64,000 nucleotides of DNA, from positions 322,646 to 386,645 of the forward strand of contig JAXHVD010000001.1 in NCBI GenBank assembly GCA_034189385.1, read 5' to 3'. Below are positions 47,026 through 57,269 of this stretch, one piece after another (positions within the stretch are counted from its first letter, which is position 1; each line of letters opens with the position of its first letter). The notes under the pieces were generated by a model. The model was not told where the DNA came from. It saw nothing but the letters and a program-made list of their open reading frames with translations, and ran no database searches. This stretch comes from Thermodesulfobacteriota bacterium (GTDB taxonomy: Bacteria > Desulfobacterota > Desulfobacteria > Desulfobacterales > C00003060). A program made the position numbers and the translations under genes.

Positions 47026-48174
47026 ATGAAACGCCTTTCCATATTGGGTTCTACCGGCTCCATCGGCAGGAATGTGTTGCGGATTGTCGAGCAATTTCCA
47101 GATCGATTCTCTGTCGTGGCCTTGGCAGGGGGTCGAAACATCGACCTGCTGTGTGAACAGATCAGGCTTTTTTCTCCTGAGGTGGCGGTAGTGCTGGACG
47201 AGGCCTTGGCCCGTGAACTGGAAGAGCGGGCCAATCCTGCAAACCGGGTAGAGATCCTTTATGGCAGGCAAGGATATGAGGTTGCTGCAACCCTTTCCGC
47301 TGCTGACCTGGTGGTTTCGGCAATGGTAGGCTCAGCAGGCCTGCTTCCCACGCTGGCGGCCATTGAGCATGAAAAACCAGTGGCCCTGGCCAACAAGGAG
47401 TGTCTTGTCATGGCCGGGGAGCTACTGATGGAGCGGGCCCGACAAAAGGGGATTCAGGTCATCCCCATAGACAGCGAACACAACGCCATTTTTCAGTCCC
47501 TGGCTGGACACCGACGGCAAGACCTAAAGCAGATTTTTCTTACTGCTTCTGGCGGCCCCTTTCTGGACAAACCCATGCAGGATTTGGACCATATGTCCCC
47601 GGAAATAGCCCTTCGCCATCCCACGTGGGACATGGGACCGAAGATTACCATAGATTCGGCCACGCTGATGAACAAGGGTCTTGAGGTGATTGAAGCCAGG
47701 TGGCTTTTTGATGTGCCCTTGGAGTGCATCCAAGTCATCATTCATCCCGAGAGCATGATTCATTCCATGGTGGCCTATAGAGACGGCTCTGTCATAGCCC
47801 AATTGGCTATTCCTGACATGAGGATACCTATTGCTTACGCCCTGTCTTACCCGGAGCGGCTTCTTCTGGGATTGCCGCCCCCTGATTTCGCTCAGCTGGG
47901 TGCCTTTACATTTCAAGAACCAGACCTGGAGCGGTTTCCGTGCCTGGCCTTAGCCATGGAGGCATGCAAGGCTGGCAAGACCTGTCCTGCCGTCTTAAAT
48001 GCCGCCAATGAGGTGGCCGTTCGTGCCTTCTTGGACTACCAGATCGGCTTCAGTGATATCGGCAGAATGGTGGAAGATATCATCGTGAAACATCAACCAG
48101 TTCCCGACCCAGGGCTTTCAGATATTTTATCGGCAGATGCCTGGGCTCGGCAAGAGGCTGCGAAGAGTATATGA
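47026..48174 (+). CDS. dxr: 1-deoxy-D-xylulose 5-phosphate reductoisomerase
   Basis: LGSTGSIG, LANKE, PIDSEH, TASGGPF, NKGLE. Confidence 0.98.
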   Translation: MKRLSILGSTGSIGRNVLRIVEQFPDRFSVVALAGGRNIDLLCEQIRLFSPEVAVVLDEALARELEERANPANRVEILYGRQGYEVAATLSAADLVVSAMVGSAGLLPTLAAIEHEKPVALANKECLVMAGELLMERARQKGIQVIPIDSEHNAIFQSLAGHRRQDLKQIFLTASGGPFLDKPMQDLDHMSPEIALRHPTWDMGPKITIDSATLMNKGLEVIEARWLFDVPLECIQVIIHPESMIHSMVAYRDGSVIAQLAIPDMRIPIAYALSYPERLLLGLPPPDFAQLGAFTFQEPDLERFPCLALAMEACKAGKTCPAVLNAANEVAVRAFLDYQIGFSDIGRMVEDIIVKHQPVPDPGLSDILSADAWARQEAAKSI

Positions 48175-49241
48175 TCACGTATATCGTCTCGTTTGCAATC
48201 GTATTGGGGGTGCTGATTTTTGCCCACGAGTTTGGCCATTTTATTGTGGCAAAGGCTCTAGGTGTAGGTGTCGAGAAGTTCTCTCTGGGATTTGGTCCTA
48301 AGGTTCTTGGGAAGAGGGTCGGGATGACCGATTACAGGATCTCGGCCATCCCCCTTGGGGGATACGTGAAGATGGTAGGGGAGGCCCCTGATTCAAAGCT
48401 TGATGAGTCTCAGATCCCGCTGTCCTTTTCACATAAGAGTCTTCTGAAACGGAGCCTCATCGTCCTGGCAGGGCCGGTTTTTAATCTTCTCCTGTCGGTA
48501 GTAATCTTTTTTGCCTTTCTTCTCATATCAGGCCTTCCCATCATGGAGCCGGAGGTGGGGAATATACAAGAGGGGATGCCTGCCCATGAGGCCGGCGTCC
48601 AGGCCGGTGACTATATCGCGGCGGTGGACGGGAGACCGGTGACGCAATGGGATGAGATGGCCGGGCTCATCAAGGCCAGTGAAGGGCGCCCCCTGACCTT
48701 TGACCTGCTTCGAAATGAAGCCGTTGTCTCAGTCCAGATTGTTCCAAGACTCGTCCCTTCTCAGAACCTCTTTGGAGAGACCATAGACAAGTACGTCATT
48801 GGGATAACCCCGTCAGGGGCCTATACCATAGAGCGGCTCAACCCGCTTGAGGCCATGGCCCGGGGGGTGTCAGAGACATGGAATATTGCCAAGGTTACGA
48901 TATTGGTCATTGGAAAAATAGTCACCGGCAGGGTTTCAGCCAAGAAGGCCATTGGCGGCCCGATTATGATTGCCCAGATCGCTGGCGAACAGGCCAAGGC
49001 AGGTATCACCAGCCTCATAGGGTTCATCGCAGCGTTGAGTGTTACCCTTGGCATCATCAACCTGCTGCCAATCCCTGTGTTGGACGGAGGGCACCTTTTG
49101 TTCTTTGCCATTGAAGCGGTGAGCCGCCGGCCAGTCAATCTCAAGATGCGGGAGGTCGCCCAGCAGGTCGGACTTTTCCTTCTCGTCCTGATTATGATCT
49201 ATGTGATCTACAACGATATATCGCGGATCTTGTTTGACTAG
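48171..49241 (+). CDS. rseP: RIP metalloprotease RseP
   Basis: HEFGH, IPLGGYVKM, PDZ domain, NLLPIPVLDGG. Confidence 0.96.
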   Translation: MITYIVSFAIVLGVLIFAHEFGHFIVAKALGVGVEKFSLGFGPKVLGKRVGMTDYRISAIPLGGYVKMVGEAPDSKLDESQIPLSFSHKSLLKRSLIVLAGPVFNLLLSVVIFFAFLLISGLPIMEPEVGNIQEGMPAHEAGVQAGDYIAAVDGRPVTQWDEMAGLIKASEGRPLTFDLLRNEAVVSVQIVPRLVPSQNLFGETIDKYVIGITPSGAYTIERLNPLEAMARGVSETWNIAKVTILVIGKIVTGRVSAKKAIGGPIMIAQIAGEQAKAGITSLIGFIAALSVTLGIINLLPIPVLDGGHLLFFAIEAVSRRPVNLKMREVAQQVGLFLLVLIMIYVIYNDISRILFD

Positions 49242-49367
49242 GAGGCTGTCGTAAAACGCCCGTCTGCGGCCTTATCCTCATCCTTCGTCACTGCGACGTA
49301 CCGCCCGGTACGCCTCATTCCTCAGTATCTCGGATGCCTTGCATCTGTGCATTTTCCATCAGCCTCC
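49241..49367. repeat. REP/MITE-like palindromic element between convergent genes
   Basis: Ends GGAGGCTG/CAGCCTCC; core CGTCACTGCGACGTAC..GTACGCCTCATTCC. Confidence 0.6.
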
Positions 49368-49466
49368 CCTTCTTTCAAAACCGTCAGGCGGAAAATAGGG
49401 TTTTGCGGGTTAGACCGGCTCCTAGCTGTTTACTTCCATGGACAGGGAATGGATGGGGGCAGGGTG

Positions 49467-50306
49467 CTATCCCACTTCATCAAAAGACACATGACCATCT
49501 TCATGGTTGAAGAAGAAATGATCGGCATAGGGGTTTTCCGGCAACTGATGAAGCAGGCCCTCGTCAACTAATGTCTCAAGAGAAGGGGGATAGGCGCCAC
49601 GATGATCCTTGTACTTTTTTACGGCATTCTCAAGGACCAGAACACCCTGTAAGGCAACCATTCTTTCTTTAATTTCCTTTTTGTCTGCTTCCTGAAGTTC
49701 CGGATCTCCAAGCATGGATTCAAGCAGCACGATGGCTGCTTCCGTCCTTCCGCCTTTCACGGCAAGGCGCCCACCAAGGACAGCCAGCAAGACAGGTGCC
49801 CCTTTGATCTTGGCTGTGTCCAGAAACACCTCTGATGCCCTGGCGTAGTCCTTGAGAAAGTAATAGTGATCAAAGCCCATGTAGTAGCCTGGGTACCAAT
49901 CCCATGGGCGGTGCTTTCTGGATATGTCCAGTAAGGAGATAGCCTTCTCTGGCATCTCTCCCCACCAGGTAAGATCACCCTGCACCTGGAGGTAGGTCTG
50001 TTGAAAATAAGGATCCAGCCGAAGGGACTGCTCAAAGGCCAGGGCGACTTTTTCCCATTGCTCTTCAGAGAGGTATTCATTGCCGCCGATGAATGCCCCA
50101 GCCTCCAGCACCAAGTAATCGGCCAAAAGGCCCTTAAACTCACCGGCAAATACCTTCATGAGACCAGCAGAAAAAGAGTCTATGTCGAGAGAGTAGCTGA
50201 TGCCAAGGTTTTCTCGCCTTTCCTTGACGGCGAGGTGGCTCGTGGAGAAAGAGAGAAGCAACATGCCCAAAGAAAAGAGCAATAGGACGGTCCCTTTATG
50301 CTTCAT
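49467..50306 (-). CDS. PilG-like (Myxococcus-type) pilus accessory TPR-like protein
   Basis: N-terminal TM, LDPYF, YYFLKDY, YP.SL..LV..G tail; follows the ABC pair downstream of pilA. Confidence 0.65.
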   Translation of the reverse strand: MKHKGTVLLLFSLGMLLLSFSTSHLAVKERRENLGISYSLDIDSFSAGLMKVFAGEFKGLLADYLVLEAGAFIGGNEYLSEEQWEKVALAFEQSLRLDPYFQQTYLQVQGDLTWWGEMPEKAISLLDISRKHRPWDWYPGYYMGFDHYYFLKDYARASEVFLDTAKIKGAPVLLAVLGGRLAVKGGRTEAAIVLLESMLGDPELQEADKKEIKERMVALQGVLVLENAVKKYKDHRGAYPPSLETLVDEGLLHQLPENPYADHFFFNHEDGHVSFDEVG

Positions 50307-51112
50307 GCCAATTGACGCCTCTGAAAGATGAGTATGCTCATCACAAGGCACACCCCGATATAGGAAAAACCGTAGGCTGCCACCCACATCAAGTAACCGG
50401 CGTCCACGGAAAGACCGTAGGCCGCCGTGGTCTTAAGGTCAAAGGCGGCCAGGTTGGGGAATATCCAAGAGGCATATTCAACCACCCTGGTGAGCATGGG
50501 GTTCTCCGCATACATCTGGCTCGTGATGATGATGCTTTTCACCGTTTCCACGTTTTGGCCAATGAAATAGGAAAAAAGGGAGAGCAGGAGAGCCGTAAAA
50601 GGATGGGTCGTTACAGTGACCCATAGAAGGGCAATGGCCAGGACCACCAGTAGGGACAACGTCAAAAAGGTCAGGCCCAAAAAGAAAGTGGGCCACGAAA
50701 AATGCATTGGCACATAACCCTTCACGTTATGAGTGGCCATCTCCACGGAAAGGGCGGCACAAGCCCCCAGAACGGAGCTTGAAAGCAAAAGGATCAAACC
50801 CAGTCCCGTGTATTTGCCCAAAATGTATTGAAGCTTGCCAACGGGTCTGGAAAGAATCAGGTATATGGTCTTTCTGTCCAGATCGTTTGATACGAGATTG
50901 ATGCTCAGGAAGAATATGATCACAAGCCCCGCAAAGGAGACCACAGATAGGCCTACATCCACGGCGACTTTTCCCAGCTCCCATGAGAACATGGCCGTGA
51001 TAATGATGTTTGCCGCAAACAAGACAAGGCCGAAAAAGAAGATGCCGTAAAGGGCCTTGTTGCGAATACTGTCTTTAAAGGTGACCCACGCTATGAGAAG
51101 TATCTTATGCAC
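50303..51112 (-). CDS. ABC-2 type permease (PilI-like)
   Basis: DLDRKTIYLILSRPV...ILGKY, FPNL..FD. Confidence 0.85.
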   Translation of the reverse strand: MHKILLIAWVTFKDSIRNKALYGIFFFGLVLFAANIIITAMFSWELGKVAVDVGLSVVSFAGLVIIFFLSINLVSNDLDRKTIYLILSRPVGKLQYILGKYTGLGLILLLSSSVLGACAALSVEMATHNVKGYVPMHFSWPTFFLGLTFLTLSLLVVLAIALLWVTVTTHPFTALLLSLFSYFIGQNVETVKSIIITSQMYAENPMLTRVVEYASWIFPNLAAFDLKTTAAYGLSVDAGYLMWVAAYGFSYIGVCLVMSILIFQRRQLA

Positions 51113-51848
51113 TCTTGGCCTTTTCGTGCTCTTCGATCAAACGTACAAAGGCGTCCTCCAGACTGGAGCCGTCTTGGACGATCTCTGACGCCGCCCCTGA
51201 GAATAGAAGCTCCCCTTTGTCCAAGATACCGATACGGTCGCAGAGCCTTTCCACGTCGCTCAGGATATGGGAACTAAAGAAAACGGTCTTTCCCTGCTTG
51301 CGCAGATCCAGGATGACATCGGTGATCAAGCGACGGCCCAGGGGGTCCAGACCGCTCATCGGTTCATCCAGGATATAGATCTGAGGATCATGAATCAGGG
51401 CCATGGCCAGGCCGAGGCGCTGCTTCATCCCCTTGGAATAGGTCCTTACAGGCCATGCGCCGGCTGTTTTGAGATCGAGGCGGCTCAATACCTGATGGGT
51501 GTTTTCCTTGATGCCCTGCCCGTCCATGCCAGAGGCCTTTCCTGCAAACCACAGGGTCTCCAGGCCGCTGAGGTTCTCGTAAAAGCAGGGAGTTTCAGGA
51601 AGATACCCAATGCGGTGCTGAAAGCGATCCCTCCCCACCACCAGGCCTTCCACCCGTACCGTCCCGCTGTCTGGCCTGATAAAGTTAAGCAGGATCTTGA
51701 TGGCCGTGCTCTTGCCCGCCCCGTTAGGTCCCAAGAATCCGAAGATCTCGCCACGATGGATGGCAAGGGACATCCCCTTTAGTGCCCTCTGGCGTCTGAT
51801 GCCGTGTCTAAAGGTCTTTGAGATATCGTCAAAGTCGATGGCTGCCAT
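51105..51848 (-). CDS. ABC transporter ATP-binding protein (PilH-like)
   Basis: GPNGAGKS, YSKGMKQR, ILDEP, SSH; start placed at ATG 51848. Confidence 0.9.
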   Translation of the reverse strand: MAAIDFDDISKTFRHGIRRQRALKGMSLAIHRGEIFGFLGPNGAGKSTAIKILLNFIRPDSGTVRVEGLVVGRDRFQHRIGYLPETPCFYENLSGLETLWFAGKASGMDGQGIKENTHQVLSRLDLKTAGAWPVRTYSKGMKQRLGLAMALIHDPQIYILDEPMSGLDPLGRRLITDVILDLRKQGKTVFFSSHILSDVERLCDRIGILDKGELLFSGAASEIVQDGSSLEDAFVRLIEEHEKAKSA

Positions 51849-51870
51849 GGCTTGTGGATGCAAAAACCCA

Positions 51871-51909
51871 ACAACCCCCTTCTGCTGTGTCAAACAGAAA
51901 GGGGGTTGT
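51871..51909 (-). terminator. Stem-loop after pilA
   Basis: ACAACCCCCTTCTG...CAGAAAGGGGGTTGT. Confidence 0.65.
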
Positions 51910-51935
51910 CGTTCTTGCAGAAAGTGGTTTTAATG

Positions 51936-52580
51936 TTACTTGATAAGCGGCGTCCAGGTCGCTGTCGGGGCACCACCACCGGCCGCACCGTTGAAATCGT
52001 CATTAGCTGCCGTAGGCGCCACTCGGAGTGCCACTAGGCCGTTGTTATCAGGGAAGGTGTTCGTATTAGAAACCGTGTACAAGAGACCCTCAACATCTGA
52101 GTCGATGCCATAGGCAGTGTCACCCTTGAAATGCCTTGTGTGGATAACATATGAGTCTCCCGCAACATCTTCTTGAGTGTCCGCTATGATATCATTTCCA
52201 AGGGCCGTTCCGATTGAATACTGTTTGGTTGAGCGGGTGTTTGTGCAGGAAATCCTCGCTCCGGCAACAACGTCGGTGGCGGCTGTTTGTAAGGCAATAA
52301 CGGCGTTAGAATCAGCAACACCCCACCCAGCATCCGCTGCAGTGGTTATCGCCGCTGCAGCCTCAGTATGACCGAACCAGTCGTTTTCTGCATTTACGTT
52401 GCTCTGGTCTGCCTTGCAATTTCCAGCCACGGCCCTTGCAGCGCCGTTCCAGGCCCTTGTCCGGTAGGCCATAAACTGGGGCACGGCAATGGCTGCCAAA
52501 ATGCCGATAATGGCGATAACGATCATCAACTCAATGAGTGTAAAACCCTTTTCGTTGTTTCCTCTCAGTCTCTGTAGCAT
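51936..52580 (-). CDS. pilA: Type IVa major pilin
   Basis: EKG|FTLIELMIVIAIIGILAAIAVPQF; RBS GGAGGT before ATG 52580; downstream of pilSR. Confidence 0.92.
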   Translation of the reverse strand: MLQRLRGNNEKGFTLIELMIVIAIIGILAAIAVPQFMAYRTRAWNGAARAVAGNCKADQSNVNAENDWFGHTEAAAAITTAADAGWGVADSNAVIALQTAATDVVAGARISCTNTRSTKQYSIGTALGNDIIADTQEDVAGDSYVIHTRHFKGDTAYGIDSDVEGLLYTVSNTNTFPDNNGLVALRVAPTAANDDFNGAAGGGAPTATWTPLIK

Positions 52581-52747
52581 TTTGATACCTCCTCGTTTGG
52601 TTGTCAAATGTTTGACATCTTTTTGATCATAAAGCCTTATTTTTTGACGCCTTGCATCACCACCCTTCGTGTTCTATTCCCCTAAGATAATGAAATCGCT
52701 TTGCCTTGTTGTCGTCACCTATGGATCCTTGTGTCGTCTCTAGGTCT

Positions 52748-52895
52748 AGCAACAAACGTACCAAGGACAAGGGTTCCGAAAAAAACAGTATAACAGCTTG
52801 ATATTAAAACAAAAAAATCCTGTGGCGAGAAAAGGGAGACGCACCTTTCATGACAGAACCGGTGATTTTCACCGGAAAGGCAGTGAATTTCACCG
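52748..52895 (-). promoter_or_regulatory. pilA sigma-54 promoter with IHF site and candidate PilR upstream activator sites
   Basis: TGGTACGTTTGTTGCT (52748-52763); TATCAAGCTGTTA IHF consensus match (52791-52803); palindromes CCGGTGATTTTCACCGG and CAGTGAATTTCACCG (52859-52895). Confidence 0.8.
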
Positions 52896-54257
52896 AAGGT
52901 CTAGTTTTTCAAGCCTGTAGCGCAGGGAGTCCAAACTCACGCTGAGGAGTTCGGCCGCCTTTGATTTGGAGCCCTTGGCCTTATCCAGGGCCTTTTTAAT
53001 GAAGGCGGTCTCGATTTTTGCCATCTCCTCGTTCAGGCTGATCCCTTCGTCGGGAAGGTCCATATCCAGGAGGGAACGCTGGCTATGTCCATCATCTTTG
53101 GACAGGACAAGATTCTCTGGCAGGACAATATTAGAAGTTTCCAGGGCCACGCTTCGCTCAATGATGTTTTCCAGTTCCCTCACATTGCCGGGGAATCGGT
53201 ACCCCATGAGAAGTTCCATGGCATAGGCAGATATCTTCTTGATTTCCTTCTCGAACTCCCTGGAGTATCTTTCGATGAAGTGTCTTGTTAAGACGGGGAT
53301 ATCCTCCTTTCTCTCCCTGAGCGGTGGAATATGCACAGGAATGACGTGAAGTCTGTAGTAGAGGTCTTCTCTGAAGCTGCCGTCTTCAACCTTCTTTTCC
53401 AGGTCCCGATTCGTGGCGGCAATGATCCTCACATCAACAGTAATGTCTTTTGATCCACCCACCCTCCTAAAGGCCTTCTCCTGAATCACTCTCAGGAGTT
53501 TGACCTGAAGAAGAGGCGGCAATTCGCCTATCTCATCCAAAAATATGGTGCCTCCCTGGGCCACTTCAAAAAGACCTGGCTTGTCCGAGTAGGCTCCAGT
53601 AAAGGCCCCCTTCATGTAACCAAAGAGCTCACTCTCGAGGAGGTGCTCGGGGATGCCCCCACAGTTTATGACCACAAAGGGTTTTTCCTTTCTGGCACTA
53701 TTTGCGTGGATGGCCTGGGCCACCAGTTCCTTGCCGGTGCCGCTTTCACCCAAGACAAGGACATTGGCCTTGGTGTCTGCTACCTTCTTGATGAGGGAAT
53801 AGACCTTGAGCATCTGATCGCTCTTTCCAATTAACTTGCCAAAGCTCACCGCGTCTTTCACGCCTTGGATGAAAAGGGCGTCATCCTTCTTAATCCCTTT
53901 CTTGTCCAGGGCGTCTCGGACGATACTCTTCAGGTCTTCTATGTCGAAATTCTTCTCAAGATAGTCGTAGGCCCCTTCTTGCATGGCGGTGACAGCACTC
54001 TCGCCCGAGGCGTAAGCCGTAATCAGGACGACCATGGTTTCAGGGGAAATACTTTTCACCCCTCTTAGGAAATCAATACCGTCGCCTTTTGGCATCTTCA
54101 GGTCCGTAATAACCAAATCAAATTCATGCTTCTTACAGAGGCCAAGGGCCTCTTGGCCTCCGCTGGCGCAACGTACCCGGTAGCCTTCCTGGGTCAACAT
54201 GATTTCCAGGAATTCCCTCATTCCTCTATCGTCGTCCACTACAAGGATCTCAGCCAT
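52890..54257 (-). CDS. pilR: Sigma-54-dependent response regulator PilR
   Basis: REC domain, GESGTGKE, GAFTGA, HTH; located between pilS and pilA. Confidence 0.88.
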   Translation of the reverse strand: MAEILVVDDDRGMREFLEIMLTQEGYRVRCASGGQEALGLCKKHEFDLVITDLKMPKGDGIDFLRGVKSISPETMVVLITAYASGESAVTAMQEGAYDYLEKNFDIEDLKSIVRDALDKKGIKKDDALFIQGVKDAVSFGKLIGKSDQMLKVYSLIKKVADTKANVLVLGESGTGKELVAQAIHANSARKEKPFVVINCGGIPEHLLESELFGYMKGAFTGAYSDKPGLFEVAQGGTIFLDEIGELPPLLQVKLLRVIQEKAFRRVGGSKDITVDVRIIAATNRDLEKKVEDGSFREDLYYRLHVIPVHIPPLRERKEDIPVLTRHFIERYSREFEKEIKKISAYAMELLMGYRFPGNVRELENIIERSVALETSNIVLPENLVLSKDDGHSQRSLLDMDLPDEGISLNEEMAKIETAFIKKALDKAKGSKSKAAELLSVSLDSLRYRLEKLDLR

Positions 54258-54266
54258 TTGTGAGCA

Positions 54267-55961
54267 TCACCCCCGCGCTTCCTCAATCCCTGCGCTCTTG
54301 GGCAGCAGGATTGTGCAGCTTGTCCCTTTCTGCAGTTCACTCTCGATCTTGATTTTTCCGCCATGGCTTTCCACAATCCTGTTAACAATGGCAAGGCCAA
54401 GGCCTGAGCCTCCCTCCTTTGTTGTGTAGAAAGGCTCAAATACCTTGCTGGACGCATCTGTTTCGATCCCAGAGCCCGTGTCGGTGATCCGTATCTCAAC
54501 ATATTTCTGGCCATTGTCCGGTGAGACCAGACTGGTTTGTATCTTCAATTCACCGCCATCTGGCATGGACTGCACAGCGTTTAGCACAAGGTTCCAGAGC
54601 GTCTGTCTGACTTCTGTTCTATTTCCGTACGTGCTGGCACCTTGGCATGCATCTTTTTCTACTTTTATACGCTCATGCCAATCAGGGGCATAGCGAAGGG
54701 ATTCCAAAACATCATCTATGACATCTTGGATATTGATTTGCTCGCGCTTTCCCAGACTAGGCCGTGCCAGGAGGATAAAGTTCTTCACAAGGTTCTCGAG
54801 TTGGTCTCGTCCCCTCAGGACGATCCTCATCAGCCTCTCATTGGTATCATCTAGCTTGAGATTCTTGTTCAGCATCTGAATAGACCCGTACAAGGATGCC
54901 AGGGGGTTCCTGAGTTCGTGGGCCAGACCAGCTGCCATCTCACCAATGAGGGCAAGTCTTTTGGTTTGTTCCATCTCCTTTTCCATGGCTTTTCGGGCAG
55001 TCAGATCCTGAAAGATGACGATGTCGCCAAGCCTTCTTTTTTTGCTGTCCACAAGGGATGACACGGAAAAACCAAGTATCATATCCCGGCCGGCTTTTCC
55101 CGGGATGACGATCTCGTGCCTGTTGATGAGGCGGTCTTCTCCTTTGCCATCCTCCACGTAGTTCAGTCCAAGAGGAAAGCCCGGGAAAACAGCATCTATC
55201 TTCTTGTCCCTCACCTCTGAAAACGTGAGGCCCGTGATTTCCTCGGCGGCCCTGTTAAAGGATTTCACTAGGCCACGGAGATCGATCGTGATGATCCCAG
55301 TGCTTACGGACTCAATAATACTTCTGTGCAAGAGGTCAAGCTGATAGAATTCCGTCTCCTTTTCCGCCAAGAGGGATCTGGCCTTTTTTTCCTGGGCGAC
55401 CACAAAGCTGATGAGGAGTGCGACAATATAAAAAGAGACCAGATGGATGAAGACCCTTGAGAGGACATATCCGGCGCTGTACCCGTGTCCCAAAGGAGCG
55501 GCATGGAGCGGTTCAAGAACGCCGTAGTATTCTAAATCGAGCAACAGACCATAGAGTATGCCACTGGCAGAGGCTGTAATGACGCCTCCCCTTCTTTCCA
55601 GAAACAGGGCTGAGTAGATAATGACCAGAGGGTACAACACGGAATAGACACTCTCAATGCCGCCCGTCACATACACCAGCACAGTGATGAGGGTCACATC
55701 GCAAATGACCTGAACGTAGACATTGACTTCGAGTATCTTGATCGTTTTTAGGAGAACAAGGTACAAAAAAGACAGAAGGTAGGTGGCTATAATAATGATA
55801 TAGACCCAAGAGAGCGATGCTGCCGTGAGGGATTCCGTCCCTTTGATCTGGATGAAGGCCGTGACACCGAGCAAGAAGGTAACGATCACAACCCTGAAAA
55901 ACATCAACCGACGCAGTCTTGGGTCCAGGTCGTGTACTTGTGACATGCTTTGCACTGCCAT
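54267..55961 (-). CDS. pilS: Sensor histidine kinase PilS
   Basis: N-terminal TMs with TGG..S, PAS, AHELRNPL, GSGLGL. Confidence 0.88.
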   Translation of the reverse strand: MAVQSMSQVHDLDPRLRRLMFFRVVIVTFLLGVTAFIQIKGTESLTAASLSWVYIIIIATYLLSFLYLVLLKTIKILEVNVYVQVICDVTLITVLVYVTGGIESVYSVLYPLVIIYSALFLERRGGVITASASGILYGLLLDLEYYGVLEPLHAAPLGHGYSAGYVLSRVFIHLVSFYIVALLISFVVAQEKKARSLLAEKETEFYQLDLLHRSIIESVSTGIITIDLRGLVKSFNRAAEEITGLTFSEVRDKKIDAVFPGFPLGLNYVEDGKGEDRLINRHEIVIPGKAGRDMILGFSVSSLVDSKKRRLGDIVIFQDLTARKAMEKEMEQTKRLALIGEMAAGLAHELRNPLASLYGSIQMLNKNLKLDDTNERLMRIVLRGRDQLENLVKNFILLARPSLGKREQINIQDVIDDVLESLRYAPDWHERIKVEKDACQGASTYGNRTEVRQTLWNLVLNAVQSMPDGGELKIQTSLVSPDNGQKYVEIRITDTGSGIETDASSKVFEPFYTTKEGGSGLGLAIVNRIVESHGGKIKIESELQKGTSCTILLPKSAGIEEARG

Positions 55962-55985
55962 AAGATCCGGTGCCTTGCACAGCTT

Positions 55986-57269
55986 CTAGCTGTTTGCTGC
56001 CACTACCTTTCCGCCTACCATGGTCATGGCCGCTTGTCCTCGGAGTCGCCAGCCATCAAACGGTGTGTTTCGACTCTTCGACTTCAGGGCATTGGCATCC
56101 AAGACGAATCTCTTGTCCAGGTCAAGAATAGTCAGGTCTGCGGGGTTCCCCACCTTCAAGCCCAGATGCGGCAGCCTTAAAAGGCGCGCAGGGTTGATGG
56201 ACATCTTGGCCACAAGGTCCTTCAGGCCTATAAGGCCCTTTTCCACAAGCCTCAGGCTCAAAGGGACGGAGGTTTCGAGCCCGATGAGCCCATTGGCCGC
56301 AGCATCAAACTCCACTTCTTTTTCTATACTGCTGTGCGGAGCGTGGTCAGAGGCGATGATGTCGATGGTGCCGTCTGCAAGTCCTTGGCGGACGGCCTCC
56401 CTGTCTCTGGCCGTACGCAAGGGCGGAGACACCTTGGCATGGGTATTGTAGTGGATGACGGCCTCTTCGGTCAAGGTGAAATGGTGGGGAGTCGTTTCCG
56501 CTGTCACCAGGGCCCCTCGTGCCTTGGCTTGGCGGATCATGCGCACCGATTCTTCTGTACTCACATGGGCAATGTGAAGGGGGGCTTCCGTGAGTTCACA
56601 AAGGGCAATGTCTCTTGCCACCACCACGGACTCTGCTGCATTCGGTATGCCTGCGAGCCCTAATCGGGTGGCCAAGGCGCCCTCGTTCATGACGCCTTTT
56701 GCCGTGAGGTCTAGGTCTTCACAATGGGAGATGACGACCAAGTCAAATCCTTTGGCATACTCGAGGGCACGACGCATGAGTTGTGCATTCATAACAGGGT
56801 TGCCGTCATCAGAGACCCCTTTTACGCCAGCGTCTTTCATCTCACCGTACTCGGCGAGACGCTCACCATGGAGCCCTTGGCTGATGGCGCCTACAGGATA
56901 GACCCGGACCGTTCCAGCCATCTTGGCCTTCTTGAGGATGTAGTCTGTCACGGACTGGTTGTCATTAACGGGTTCTGTGTTTGGCATACAACAAATGGCT
57001 GTAAAACCACCATGGGCTGCGGCCAAGCAGCCTGTTTCAATGGTTTCCTTGTATTCATGTCCAGGTTCGCGCAGATGCGTGTGGATGTCGATGAGGCCAG
57101 GAGTGACGACTTTCCCGGAAGCGTCGATGACTTCCCATGGTGCCTGTGGGGTGCCTGTTTCATGGCCCACTGCCGATATCTTCCCCTCTTCTACAAGGAC
57201 GTCCATAACGCCATCCACCCCAGTTTCAGGGTCAACCACATGACCTCCCTTGATGAGTGTTGGTTTCAT
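55986..57269 (-). CDS. pyrC: Dihydroorotase
   Basis: [20 protein letters not shown]. Confidence 0.96.
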   Translation of the reverse strand: MKPTLIKGGHVVDPETGVDGVMDVLVEEGKISAVGHETGTPQAPWEVIDASGKVVTPGLIDIHTHLREPGHEYKETIETGCLAAAHGGFTAICCMPNTEPVNDNQSVTDYILKKAKMAGTVRVYPVGAISQGLHGERLAEYGEMKDAGVKGVSDDGNPVMNAQLMRRALEYAKGFDLVVISHCEDLDLTAKGVMNEGALATRLGLAGIPNAAESVVVARDIALCELTEAPLHIAHVSTEESVRMIRQAKARGALVTAETTPHHFTLTEEAVIHYNTHAKVSPPLRTARDREAVRQGLADGTIDIIASDHAPHSSIEKEVEFDAAANGLIGLETSVPLSLRLVEKGLIGLKDLVAKMSINPARLLRLPHLGLKVGNPADLTILDLDKRFVLDANALKSKSRNTPFDGWRLRGQAAMTMVGGKVVAANS

